This document shows, in pieces, positions 1 through 9,290 of a DNA stretch of 64,000 bases. The stretch covers positions 1 to 64,000 of IMG/VR virus record IMGVR_UViG_3300010270_000379. One strand, 5' to 3'. Position numbers and translations under genes: made by a program. Under the pieces are notes generated by a model that worked only from the letters and a program-made list of their open reading frames with translations, did not search any database and was not told the DNA's origin. This DNA is from a virus. Lineage: Duplodnaviria > Caudoviricetes. Every line of letters starts with the position of its first letter. The stretch's first letter is position 1.

Positions 1-1755
1 AGAAGGTAATTTAAGTGTCTTATTTGCACTACCATCAACACTTACCGCCGTTCCGGTATTTGTTCCGTCTGAATCCTGAATACTAATATTTCGTGCTGTA
101 GTCCACTTCGCAGCACTTGAAGCCGTAGCAGCGTTTCCACTACATGAAGCTGAATCTCCGGTAATATTTCCTTCAACCTTACCATCAGAATTTCTAATAA
201 CAGCTTTACCTGATTTAGCAGCTACACTTCCAAAATACTCTGCAAAATTAATAGCATCAGTTCCAAAAGCTCCACCGGCTGTAAAGGTTTCATTTGGAAC
301 ATAGAACATTTTACCACCGTTAGTAGTTCCACCTGAAATATTAAAAATCTTACCTTTTAATTTATTTGGAGTGTTATAAGCTGTAACTCTTACCCATGAA
401 GAGTTAGTAGAAACATAATAAATACCATTTTGTTTAGCATCTGTCTGATTTTTTACAAGAACATACTGATTATTCTGTAGTGTTACGCCATCTACAGTTT
501 GTGAACCTGATAAAGTAATATTTTCAGTTGTAGCTACAATAATACTTACATAATCAATTACAAATCTTTCATTTGATAACGTTTTATTGATATATACATA
601 ATTTCCGTCTACAGTTGTTTCAAGATTAGTAACTCTATTAGCAAGAGCATTAAGAGAAGTTGTAATAGCATCAGTTACGGCCTTTGTAACAATATCATTT
701 GCCGAAGATGCTGAATAACCATTTGTTGTAAGTTTTCCGGCACTATTGATAGTTAAGGCTGTTCTTCCATCAATTTTAATATATGCATTTCCAGAGCCAT
801 CAGCCTCGATTGTAATAGGTTTTATCAACCCCTCTGGATAAAGAGCAACATCGGAGATTGAGAGTTTACCATAAAAATTAAAACTTCCATATTTCATATA
901 AGCATTGTAAATAGAAGTTATACATGTAACGACTTTTGTAACTGCATCATAAATTGAATCAGATGCAGATATATCTTCTGTTGGTAATGATGTATTACCA
1001 CCTACCGGCAATACATTGCCATTAATCTGTTTGGCACCTGTTCCAATATCAAGAGAATCAGTGTTAATTACATTATCTTTATGTGTTCCATCAGCATTAT
1101 GCTGAACACGGAAACGTTCATTAATATCAGTAATATAACCAATATTGTAAGTAATTGCTTTCTGAGTAGTCCATCCGGTATTATTTACACCGGCAATATC
1201 AGCCGTAATATTTAAAATATCAGATGCAATAATAGAAGATGCACCGGCACGAATTTGTACTTCGGCTAACTTTACCCATCCTTCATCAACTTCTGGAGCT
1301 GTACTAGAGCCATCTGTACCCTTTTTAACTCTATAGATAGGTTTCATTAATTTTTTTGTATCTACATACTGATATGTTTTTGTATCTGTTTCAGGATCAT
1401 TAAAAGCACGCTGCTGATTGTCATAAGATTCCCAATCACCCTGTACTTCAAGTATATCTCTACGACCGGAAGAAGATCCCTCAAATCCAATCGTTTCATC
1501 TGTAGCTTCTGTTCGGCCAAAAGGAATACCGGTAGACTTACATACACCGTAAATTGGTGACACTCTTACATTCATTCCGGTATCAGGTAAAACTTTTCCA
1601 TTAATAACGAAGTCCTGGTTAGATTCCAAAATCATCTGAGTAGCTTTAGAAACGTTTTCTACAATCTGCTCAAAGGCAAATTCAAAGTCATTTGCCTTTA
1701 CGATTTCATTATCCATTACATGAGTGGTTTTAAAAGTTGAATCCTGAACTGACAT
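1..1755 (-). CDS. Tail fibre protein, truncated by the window edge
   Basis: ATG at 1755 with GGGAGG RBS; frame 0 stays open to base 1 (not in the ORF track because it has no stop). Contains ATTENITLSGSQTVDGVTLQNNQYVLVKNQTDAKQNGIY and SAAKWTTARNI...SVDGSAN fibre-type motifs; lies downstream of the baseplate genes. Confidence 0.85.
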   Translation of the reverse strand, partial: MSVQDSTFKTTHVMDNEIVKANDFEFAFEQIVENVSKATQMILESNQDFVINGKVLPDTGMNVRVSPIYGVCKSTGIPFGRTEATDETIGFEGSSSGRRDILEVQGDWESYDNQQRAFNDPETDTKTYQYVDTKKLMKPIYRVKKGTDGSSTAPEVDEGWVKLAEVQIRAGASSIIASDILNITADIAGVNNTGWTTQKAITYNIGYITDINERFRVQHNADGTHKDNVINTDSLDIGTGAKQINGNVLPVGGNTSLPTEDISASDSIYDAVTKVVTCITSIYNAYMKYGSFNFYGKLSISDVALYPEGLIKPITIEADGSGNAYIKIDGRTALTINSAGKLTTNGYSASSANDIVTKAVTDAITTSLNALANRVTNLETTVDGNYVYINKTLSNERFVIDYVSIIVATTENITLSGSQTVDGVTLQNNQYVLVKNQTDAKQNGIYYVSTNSSWVRVTAYNTPNKLKGKIFNISGGTTNGGKMFYVPNETFTAGGAFGTDAINFAEYFGSVAAKSGKAVIRNSDGKVEGNITGDSASCSGNAATASSAAKWTTARNISIQDSDGTNTGTAVSVDGSANKTLKLPS

Positions 1756-1774
1756 TTTGTTTCCTCCCAAAAGC

Positions 1775-1881
1775 AAAAAAAAGCCGGAATCCCTGTTTAT
1801 AAGGAATTCCGGCTGCTAATCTCTTAACATACCAATAAATTAATTTTCTATATTATAACATATCTTATGAAAAATTGGCAA
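1775..1881 (-). promoter_or_regulatory. Late-type promoter with leader hairpin and terminator, copy 1 (tail fibre)
   Basis: TTGCCA-18-TATAAT, then TGTTA-AGAGAT-TAGCA, stem GCCGGAATTCC/GGGATTCCGGC, then T8. Confidence 0.8.
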
Positions 1882-1884
1882 GAT

Positions 1885-2976
1885 TTAAGCATCTTTAATT
1901 ACAATATCAAGGTATGCTTTTACACCCTGAGCTCTTAGATAATCAAGTAAATCCTCATAAACATCTTTTGCAAAACCTACAGCAACACCTGATAAGAATG
2001 ATTTATCAAAATAACCATAATTATTATATCGAGGTAAAGGTGGAGTAGATTCTTGTGTTTCAATATTCGGATCCGCATCACCGGCAGCTAATCCAAAGGC
2101 ACTTTCAGCAGTATCACCTTCAAAATGTGCAATTACTGTAAAACTACCGTAAGGCTGTTTTGCAAATAACCTGAAATAATCAATATATGTTTTTGTATCT
2201 ACATAACTAAAAGTAATAGTAATACTAGTTGCATTATTAGCTGTTATAAAGAATAAACTTTCGTTATTCCAGGTATCAACTGATGAAAAACTGTTATTAA
2301 CAGCAGAACTATTCCAAGATTTTGTAGCAAAATTCCAATATTTATTGTTATTATCTTTTATTTGAACATTTACTTTTCCTTTAAGGAAGAAATGCAAGAA
2401 ATAAGTTGTTGATGCATTTATATTTATACTCTGACTTGCTGCTGCTCCAGATTGATTCAAGAGTATTCCATAGGCCTTAGAAAATCTTGCCTCAGCAGAT
2501 GCACTACAATTATTTAAGGTCCATGCAATAGGTGTATCAGTTTCAATATCTCCATCAACAATTAAGTTTGCTAAAGAAGGTGATGGATCATCTATTTTAT
2601 TAGTATTTTCAACTACATAAATTACAGCATGTGGAAAATACTGTCTAAATACGTTTTTAACATCATAAACAGTTCCCCATCGTGTATCGTGGTTTCTTAC
2701 AAAAATAGCCTTGAACCTGTTTTTTAATGAATTTTCTGATTCATCAGCATATCTTTCGAGAAAAGAAAAGAATTTGACTGTTTTTTCAAGCATAACACCT
2801 GATTGTTGGTATATATCAGGTGTAGAGAGCCATTCTCGCATATATGTAATTAGATCTAATAACTGTCTTTGTATAGAAGCATCCCCATTATCATTAGCAA
2901 TGATGGAAGAAAAAACAGGTTTACTTTTATCTATCGTCTTAGGAAAGTTGCTTCTAATCTGATTTGTAATATCCAT
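1885..2976 (-). CDS. Baseplate wedge protein (gpI-like position) with a carbohydrate-binding-like insert
   Basis: Immediately downstream of baseplate J; C-terminal LLDYLRAQGVKAY resembles wedge proteins; beta-rich central region. Confidence 0.55.
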   Translation of the reverse strand: MDITNQIRSNFPKTIDKSKPVFSSIIANDNGDASIQRQLLDLITYMREWLSTPDIYQQSGVMLEKTVKFFSFLERYADESENSLKNRFKAIFVRNHDTRWGTVYDVKNVFRQYFPHAVIYVVENTNKIDDPSPSLANLIVDGDIETDTPIAWTLNNCSASAEARFSKAYGILLNQSGAAASQSININASTTYFLHFFLKGKVNVQIKDNNNKYWNFATKSWNSSAVNNSFSSVDTWNNESLFFITANNATSITITFSYVDTKTYIDYFRLFAKQPYGSFTVIAHFEGDTAESAFGLAAGDADPNIETQESTPPLPRYNNYGYFDKSFLSGVAVGFAKDVYEDLLDYLRAQGVKAYLDIVIKDA

Positions 2977-2991
2977 CGTTTCCCCCTCCGT

Positions 2992-4077
2992 TTATTGACT
3001 AATAATATGGATTTCTACACTTCCAAATCTGGCAATCTGATTTACAGCAATAGGAATATTATCAGAATGACCATTAAGAGTAAGACCTGAAATATCTGTT
3101 ACACCGGATATTTGTTTCAGCAATACTATAATAGAAGATAAAACAACATTTTCATGTATTCCAAGGCCATTAATGTATTCCTGTAATTTTACAGTAATAT
3201 CATTTTGTACCCTTGCATCATCAATACGGAAAATTGTAGCAGTAACTTCAATGTCGATTGTATAAATTGTGGCAGCACTTACTTCTACCATAGTTCCGGC
3301 AGCTTTTAATCCAGGATTTTCTTCTGTATCTGTTCCATTAATTAAATCAGTTATTTGGTTAGCCAAATCTGGTGTCAATGAACCGGTTCCATCATCAACA
3401 TAAACAGTGAAGTTATAAATGTCAGATTTTGGTGGGAAATGTTCTTCTATACCAACAGAGCGAACACCTTCAATACCTAAAACACCGGCCATAATTCCAT
3501 AACGGTTAGAGCCTTGCAGCCCATTTATCATATACTTAAATCGTCTAAGCATTTGTGTCTGAGTTTCGGCATCTGTTCCACCTACAGCCTGGGCCGGATT
3601 ATTTACACCAACAATTTCAGCAGAAAGATTACTTTCTATTGTTGTAATAGTATCTTCCGGTACGTTATATTGAAGTCCAATATTTTCAGCAGTAGCACCA
3701 ACAGTATTAGAAACGGTTTCACCAATTGGAATTGTTGCTGCAGATGTAGTTATAAAAACTAAACTTCCGTTACTAACTCTTGTTCCAGAAGGAATAGTTG
3801 AAACAATTCCTAAAGCTGCATTTCTGCTAAACTGTAAATCGACACTAGCTTTCTGGCCGGATTTCTGCTTAAAATCGAAAACAGAATAAGGAATAGCTCT
3901 CAAATTGTTGTTATATCCATTTCTTGTATCAATATAAGCCTGTTCTAAAGGTCTAGCAATTGATTCAAAAATAGTCATCACAATAGAGCCTTCGTTAAAA
4001 TCTGTAAGCCCTGAGTTTCTGGCAATTGCATTTTCTTTCATTTCACTAAGTATTTGATTATAGTTTTTAGTATCCAT
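2992..4077 (-). CDS. Baseplate J-like protein
   Basis: DFNEGSIVMTIFESIA, GGTDAETQTQMLRRF and FTVYVDDGTG motifs typical of Baseplate_J. Confidence 0.9.
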   Translation of the reverse strand: MDTKNYNQILSEMKENAIARNSGLTDFNEGSIVMTIFESIARPLEQAYIDTRNGYNNNLRAIPYSVFDFKQKSGQKASVDLQFSRNAALGIVSTIPSGTRVSNGSLVFITTSAATIPIGETVSNTVGATAENIGLQYNVPEDTITTIESNLSAEIVGVNNPAQAVGGTDAETQTQMLRRFKYMINGLQGSNRYGIMAGVLGIEGVRSVGIEEHFPPKSDIYNFTVYVDDGTGSLTPDLANQITDLINGTDTEENPGLKAAGTMVEVSAATIYTIDIEVTATIFRIDDARVQNDITVKLQEYINGLGIHENVVLSSIIVLLKQISGVTDISGLTLNGHSDNIPIAVNQIARFGSVEIHIISQ

Positions 4078-4541
4078 TATATTGTTCCTCCAAAATTACG
4101 TTTTGCACCGTTTTTATCTATATATGTAACTGATACAGTTAGATTGTCACCCTTCCCTTTGAAATTAATATCTTCAACACTATCAACTCTAGGATCCTCG
4201 ACTGTTGTTTGATGTACACTAGCCTGGATTAAGGCTGATGTAGCATTTAAGGCATCACCGATAGAAGCCTGAATTCCATAAGCCTCTATTCTTATTCTTG
4301 CACCAACTAAGGTTGAATATCTATTTAATAGAGCTTGTCTAAGATTTTCTATACCACCAACAAGAGCTAAATCACCGTTATATATATCTAAATCCTTATT
4401 ATTGATAAGAATATCTTTACCGTAATTGTCCTTTACATCAGGATTGTTATAAACTTCATTTTCGGCCGTTTTACTTTCAGCAAAGTTTAAATTCGGAATT
4501 AAAATACTCTGTCCTGGTTTTAAGATAGTATCTTTATCCAT
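4077..4541 (-). CDS. Baseplate gp25/GpW-like protein
   Basis: DLALVGGIENLRQAL...YG...EDPRVDSVE pattern; upstream of J. Confidence 0.8.
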   Translation of the reverse strand: MDKDTILKPGQSILIPNLNFAESKTAENEVYNNPDVKDNYGKDILINNKDLDIYNGDLALVGGIENLRQALLNRYSTLVGARIRIEAYGIQASIGDALNATSALIQASVHQTTVEDPRVDSVEDINFKGKGDNLTVSVTYIDKNGAKRNFGGTI

Positions 4542-5808
4542 TTATCGTACCTCCATTTGATGTATCATCATTAGGTAAGTTGTTATATGTTGCTATGATA
4601 TATGAAAGTGAAGAATCTCCGTAATAATCCTGAGCTAACTGATCAAATGATGTTTCAGCATCCGTAATAGCTACAATCTTATAACCGTAAGTTACTATCA
4701 ATTGATCATCTTCACCCATCTGGCCTGGAATAACTGCAATACCAATATCATTAAGATTTTTACTTGTAAGAACGGTTGCTTTATTTGCTTCCAAATTTGC
4801 CTGATAAGCTAAAGTAGAATAAACATCTGCAATATCAATATCACTTACAGAATCATCAAAGAGCTCTTTTATACTCTGCCATGCACTTTCACTAAAATAT
4901 GTTTCATCAATATTTGAACAATATTTATAAATATCATTAGCGGCTGATTTTAGATTTAAGCAAGAGTTCCATACATCTGCCGTAATTGTTGGATAATATC
5001 TAAATGCTGAATAAAGCACTTTATCACCTAGCATGACAGTATCTACAGCTAAGTCTCCTGTTTCTTCTACAAATCCAGAGAATAAAGATGAATAGCGGCC
5101 TACAGAGCCATTAAATTGATCTATACAACTTTTGAAAGTTCCTATATATCCGTTTAATTCAGCAAGTAAACTGCCACCATATTCTTCTATTGTATCAGCA
5201 ATAGAATTCATCTCATTAATAACATTATCAACTTTTTCTTTCCAACCATTTATTGTATTTGTAACAGTTTCCAAAACGGAAATACTCTGAGCAAAACCTT
5301 TTTTATTTACTTCTGGAGCTCCACTTGCAGAGAATTTATAATTATAACAAAATGGTTTATCTTTACTTCGAGAAATATCAAGCTGCCCTACAAAAATTCT
5401 CCACCACTTAGGATTGTGTGAGGTTACTTTTTCACCACCATTAAGAGCATAAAGATATACTTCTTTATTCTGCAGCTTATCTCTTGAACCATATTTTTTA
5501 AGAAGGTCTCTAAGGTAGAAAATCTCTTGTTCACCTGTCATTTCGGCAGAGCCTAACCTACTTTTATAAATTAGTTTCAATTCCTGATTAATAGTTGAAC
5601 CAGATAAATTAATTTGTACTAAATCATTGCCATAATCAGCTACAACAGCACCACCAAAAGTTTTAGTTTCATTTTTTCTTTGAGGGAACGAAAAATCTTC
5701 GTTTTCTGGTGGCACTGAGAATGTAAATGCATCAGTTAAAACACCATTTAGTTTAAATTCGAGTAAATATGCTTTTTTCCAATAATTAGCATTAAGTAAT
5801 TTTGCCAT
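4534..5808 (-). CDS. Baseplate/tail-tube initiator-like protein with a C-terminal partial LysM
   Basis: N-terminal FTFSVPPENEDF...ETKTFGG...ISLSG pattern of tube-initiator proteins; C-terminal FDQLAQDYYGDSSLSYIIATYNNL. Confidence 0.6.
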   Translation of the reverse strand: MAKLLNANYWKKAYLLEFKLNGVLTDAFTFSVPPENEDFSFPQRKNETKTFGGAVVADYGNDLVQINLSGSTINQELKLIYKSRLGSAEMTGEQEIFYLRDLLKKYGSRDKLQNKEVYLYALNGGEKVTSHNPKWWRIFVGQLDISRSKDKPFCYNYKFSASGAPEVNKKGFAQSISVLETVTNTINGWKEKVDNVINEMNSIADTIEEYGGSLLAELNGYIGTFKSCIDQFNGSVGRYSSLFSGFVEETGDLAVDTVMLGDKVLYSAFRYYPTITADVWNSCLNLKSAANDIYKYCSNIDETYFSESAWQSIKELFDDSVSDIDIADVYSTLAYQANLEANKATVLTSKNLNDIGIAVIPGQMGEDDQLIVTYGYKIVAITDAETSFDQLAQDYYGDSSLSYIIATYNNLPNDDTSNGGTING

Positions 5809-5813
5809 TTTAA

Positions 5814-6260
5814 CTAATCTCCCTTAACCTTAGATTGTCCGGCATCACTAAACCAAATATCACAAATATCCGTAACTGTTGCACCTGACTGAGTGTTTGT
5901 ACCTACAACAGTTAATTTCCCTTTTGTACATTTACTAGTTGCTAAAGTTAGAATTGTTGCATTTTCATCAGCTAAACAAATTTGTAAATTATCAATTTTG
6001 TTCTTTTCAGAATTACCGGCTAAAGTTCCTGATGCTGAAACAAAAGTTACGGATGTTCCATTTATAAGGCTAGTTTTTATTGTACCTGTTACCGGTGTAA
6101 CATTAATTACTAAGCCTGTAATAACACTTTTATGATCTATTTTCATTTTATCTGACTTTTGTACTGTAAAACAGGCAGCGCTTAAACCAGATAAATCAAC
6201 TTCAACTTTTGTTGAATCGTAGCATTTTAATTTATAACTTTCATTTGCAAGGTATAACAT
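5814..6260 (-). CDS. Hypothetical baseplate-module protein
   Basis: Coupled ORF inside the baseplate operon; no motif recognised. Confidence 0.5.
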   Translation of the reverse strand: MLYLANESYKLKCYDSTKVEVDLSGLSAACFTVQKSDKMKIDHKSVITGLVINVTPVTGTIKTSLINGTSVTFVSASGTLAGNSEKNKIDNLQICLADENATILTLATSKCTKGKLTVVGTNTQSGATVTDICDIWFSDAGQSKVKGD

Positions 6261-7156
6261 TATTTTGACACCTCCAAATGATTATTAATTGTTACAACAG
6301 TTCCATCCATTACAAAAGTTGAATTATTAGGACCGTTAGAAATAGTCACCTTTGAATCTTCCATAATAATTGATGATTTATTAGAACCATTAGCAATAGT
6401 TATGTTATTTTTCTGATTCGGTGATGTTCCTATTACTTTCAATTCAATTTTATTGCCGTGAACATCTGTAATTGTAATTCCTGAATCGGCCATTTGAATT
6501 GTGTTATACTTATTATCAACTTTATCTTGAATAATTATTCCATCACTAGTTGCTTCTACGGTATTGTTATTTTTATCAGTTACAGTAATTCCATCTTCAT
6601 TAATTACAATACTATTTCCCCAGGCATTTAATGATATTCCTTTATTTTGAGATTTATTATCATCCTGGACCGGATTAGCCTGGAATTCTATATTTTCATC
6701 ATTAGATACGGCTTTATAATTTCCGTTTGCATATTCTTCTGTTATATCCCATCCACCCTGAGTTTTAGTTTCACGGCTATTATTTTTATCTTCTAGTTCA
6801 TTATCATTAGCGGCCCATAAAGTTCTTATGTTTTCATCACCACGACTAAAACCTGAGCATAATACAAAGGCACCAACAGCCGTAAATGTAGGTGTAAGAA
6901 CAAAAACACGAGAATTCTTAGGTGGTAAATTCCTTTGAGAAGGAATGTAATTATCTTTTAATGTTACCCATTCATCAGATTTTACAGGTATATTTGAATA
7001 TTCAAATCCTGTATCTGAGACAACAGTAACAGTATTATTCAATGAGTTTACTTCTTTTACTAAAGCCCAAAATCCTATTCTATTTTTAAGATAACTGTCA
7101 TTATTAAGATGTGGAGCTTGTACATTAGTTTTATGAAAATTTTTAATAACTTTCAT
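6260..7156 (-). CDS. Baseplate spike (gpV/gp45-like)
   Basis: N-terminal OB-fold-like region followed by beta-repeats (NSIVINEDGITVTDKNNN..., KSSIIMEDSKVTI). Confidence 0.7.
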   Translation of the reverse strand: MKVIKNFHKTNVQAPHLNNDSYLKNRIGFWALVKEVNSLNNTVTVVSDTGFEYSNIPVKSDEWVTLKDNYIPSQRNLPPKNSRVFVLTPTFTAVGAFVLCSGFSRGDENIRTLWAANDNELEDKNNSRETKTQGGWDITEEYANGNYKAVSNDENIEFQANPVQDDNKSQNKGISLNAWGNSIVINEDGITVTDKNNNTVEATSDGIIIQDKVDNKYNTIQMADSGITITDVHGNKIELKVIGTSPNQKNNITIANGSNKSSIIMEDSKVTISNGPNNSTFVMDGTVVTINNHLEVSK

Positions 7157-8517
7157 TATTCAAACTCCTTATATACGGCAGAAAGCCGTGTTATAGGCTT
7201 AAATCCATAACCAGAGTATTCACCACCTCTAATAACCTGATAATTGAGCATAGGATTATCACCATAATTCCAGGAATGTTTTTCAGAGATTATGTAATAC
7301 ATTCCTTTTGCAAAATTAATCCATTCACCTATTTTTGCGTGTTTTTCTTGTGTGTAATTTACAAGTGTAAAATCACCTGTATACATTTCATCCAAATTAG
7401 AAAACCATTTTTCAAGATTTTCATTCATTTGTTTAATTTTTGTTTCATCCGTTTTTGCATCCAATGTAGCGTTATAGCCTACAAAAGAACATGTAAGTAA
7501 TTGATAACCATATAAAGCAGCTTTATTCAAATTTGCCTTAGCAAAGTCATAACCTTTTACAGTTCCTTCTGTGACAGCCTTATTCATAAAGAAAGTAGGA
7601 TCTTGCTTTGTTCCTTCAATATAAGTCATAAATGCTGTATATACTTCTTCACAACTTCTAGTTAGCGTATAATCAGTTAAATGAGTGGGATTTATTGTGT
7701 ATTTTGCCTTTGGATTATCATAAGGCACTTGTCTAAATGCAATTTTAGGTTTTCCAGAAACGTCAATATAACCAAAAATCTCATATATAGGTGAAGGTAA
7801 TAATTTTTTTATAAAATCAATAACGTTGATTCTTTCTCCTTCAAATAAATTACTAGATATAGGATATGCAAAAGAATCTGTAGGAGCATCAATATAATCA
7901 TTACCATACCATAGATCTATTAAATCACTAATTACATAATTTGATATTGTTTTAAACTCAGAGACCTGTTTTTTAAACATATTTATACTAGCTTCTACAG
8001 TCTTTTTAATCGAAAACCCTGTTGTTCCGTTTTCTTTTTGAAAATCGGCCTTAAATATTCTATCTGCTGCTTCATTATTAAAAACAGTGAGTTTAATATC
8101 AGCATTAATATTTAAATAACTGAATAACCATTCAATACTTTTACCGGAAACAGTTACAACCTTATTCAAATTACTTGCCATTCCACCAACGGAAATAGTT
8201 GTAACTACACCGATAAAATCAATTCTTGAATCAAATCCAGATTCAGAAATTTCTATAATATCCAACGGTTTTACTTTATCCATAAATGGATCTTTTAAAT
8301 TGTCTACATCTTCTTTTACCGTAAATGAAAATGAACCGCCAAAATTATCTATGGACCGCTCAAAGTTGTATGATTGTAAATTTCTTCCTGATGTATATGG
8401 TGAATTAGGTGTAAATTCCAAATATGGTAATTTTGAGGCCTTATTATTAATAACAGAATGATAACACTTTATTGTAGGCTGTGGCGCTTGTGCTAATACT
8501 TCCATTATTTCCCCCAA
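7156..8517 (-). CDS. Baseplate hub protein (gp27/GpD-like)
   Basis: Size and position; SYNFERSIDNFGGSFSFTV, DFIGVVTTISV, YYIISEKHSWNYG patterns. Confidence 0.7.
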   Translation of the reverse strand: MGEIMEVLAQAPQPTIKCYHSVINNKASKLPYLEFTPNSPYTSGRNLQSYNFERSIDNFGGSFSFTVKEDVDNLKDPFMDKVKPLDIIEISESGFDSRIDFIGVVTTISVGGMASNLNKVVTVSGKSIEWLFSYLNINADIKLTVFNNEAADRIFKADFQKENGTTGFSIKKTVEASINMFKKQVSEFKTISNYVISDLIDLWYGNDYIDAPTDSFAYPISSNLFEGERINVIDFIKKLLPSPIYEIFGYIDVSGKPKIAFRQVPYDNPKAKYTINPTHLTDYTLTRSCEEVYTAFMTYIEGTKQDPTFFMNKAVTEGTVKGYDFAKANLNKAALYGYQLLTCSFVGYNATLDAKTDETKIKQMNENLEKWFSNLDEMYTGDFTLVNYTQEKHAKIGEWINFAKGMYYIISEKHSWNYGDNPMLNYQVIRGGEYSGYGFKPITRLSAVYKEFE

Positions 8518-8533
8518 AAATCAAAGTTAAAAT

Positions 8534-8630
8534 AAAAAAGCCGGAATAATGCGAAAACATTACTCCGGCTGCTAATTACTAACATACCTTGTGTTTTATA
8601 TATTTTATTCTATAAGTTTTCTATTGTCAA
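8534..8630 (-). promoter_or_regulatory. Late-type promoter with leader hairpin and terminator, copy 2 (baseplate operon)
   Basis: TTGACA-17-TAAAAT; TGTTA-GTAAT-TAGCA; GCCGGAGTAATG/CATTATTCCGGC; T6. Confidence 0.8.
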
Positions 8631-8658
8631 TTAATATACTATGGCCTAAAATTGATGT

Positions 8659-8829
8659 ATGAATAATAATTATACTTTTGAATGTTCTCCAGAGCTTTTA
8701 CAGAAGATTAAAGAAGGATCTAAAAACTCAGGATTATCAGAAAGTCAATTTATTGCTGCATGTATTGAGTTTTTCTTTTACAAAAATAATACTTGCCAAA
8801 ATACTAAAGAAGTTTTACCTTTTAAGTAA
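8659..8829 (+). CDS. Small ribbon-helix-helix-like DNA-binding protein (56 aa, probably leaderless)
   Basis: Own translation: MNNNYTFECSPELLQKIKEGSKNSGLSESQFIAACIEFFFYKNNTCQNTKEVLPFK. Promoter TTGTCA(8624)-17-TAAAAT(8647) ends 6 nt before the ATG. Confidence 0.6.
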   Translation: MNNNYTFECSPELLQKIKEGSKNSGLSESQFIAACIEFFFYKNNTCQNTKEVLPFK

Positions 8830-8843
8830 GGAGACGTTTTATT

Positions 8844-9290
8844 ATGAAGAAATTAACTACACTTTTTGTATTATTTTTCCTGGCCATTGGTTTATTTGCA
8901 GAACAAGTAGAAATACCTAAAAATTATGATTTTCTGGAAATAGATAATTCCATACGCTATTGTGATGATAATGTTGAAAATTCATATAAATTATATTCTG
9001 TAGTATATAAAACTGATGCAGTAAATTTGACAAGTTTACATTCAGTAAAAACATCTTTAGTGACAAACGTTGAAATCAATATTACATTAAAATTTGATAC
9101 AGAAGAAGAATTAGATGATTTTATAGATTATTTCTATTATACCTATAATTATACAATTAGAAATACCCCTGTATTTTTTGATGCATTAAAAGATTTTGTC
9201 ATTGATTTAGGTGTAGAACCTCTTTATGTCATGGATGAAAAGGATAAACCAAAACAAATATTATATATAGCCAATCTAACTAGAAATTAA
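8844..9290 (+). CDS. Secreted or periplasmic moron protein of unknown function
   Basis: AGGAG RBS; signal peptide MKKLTTLFVLFFLAIGLFA; opposite strand to the tail operon. Confidence 0.7.
   Translation: MKKLTTLFVLFFLAIGLFAEQVEIPKNYDFLEIDNSIRYCDDNVENSYKLYSVVYKTDAVNLTSLHSVKTSLVTNVEINITLKFDTEEELDDFIDYFYYTYNYTIRNTPVFFDALKDFVIDLGVEPLYVMDEKDKPKQILYIANLTRN

Noticed and set aside
1362-1547. 61-aa minus-strand ORF
   Set aside because: It lies out of frame inside the tail fibre gene (1755 to the edge).
1-1755. Diversity-generating retroelement targeting the tail fibre
   Set aside because: No reverse transcriptase or template/variable repeat pair is visible, and the fibre C-terminus is outside the window.
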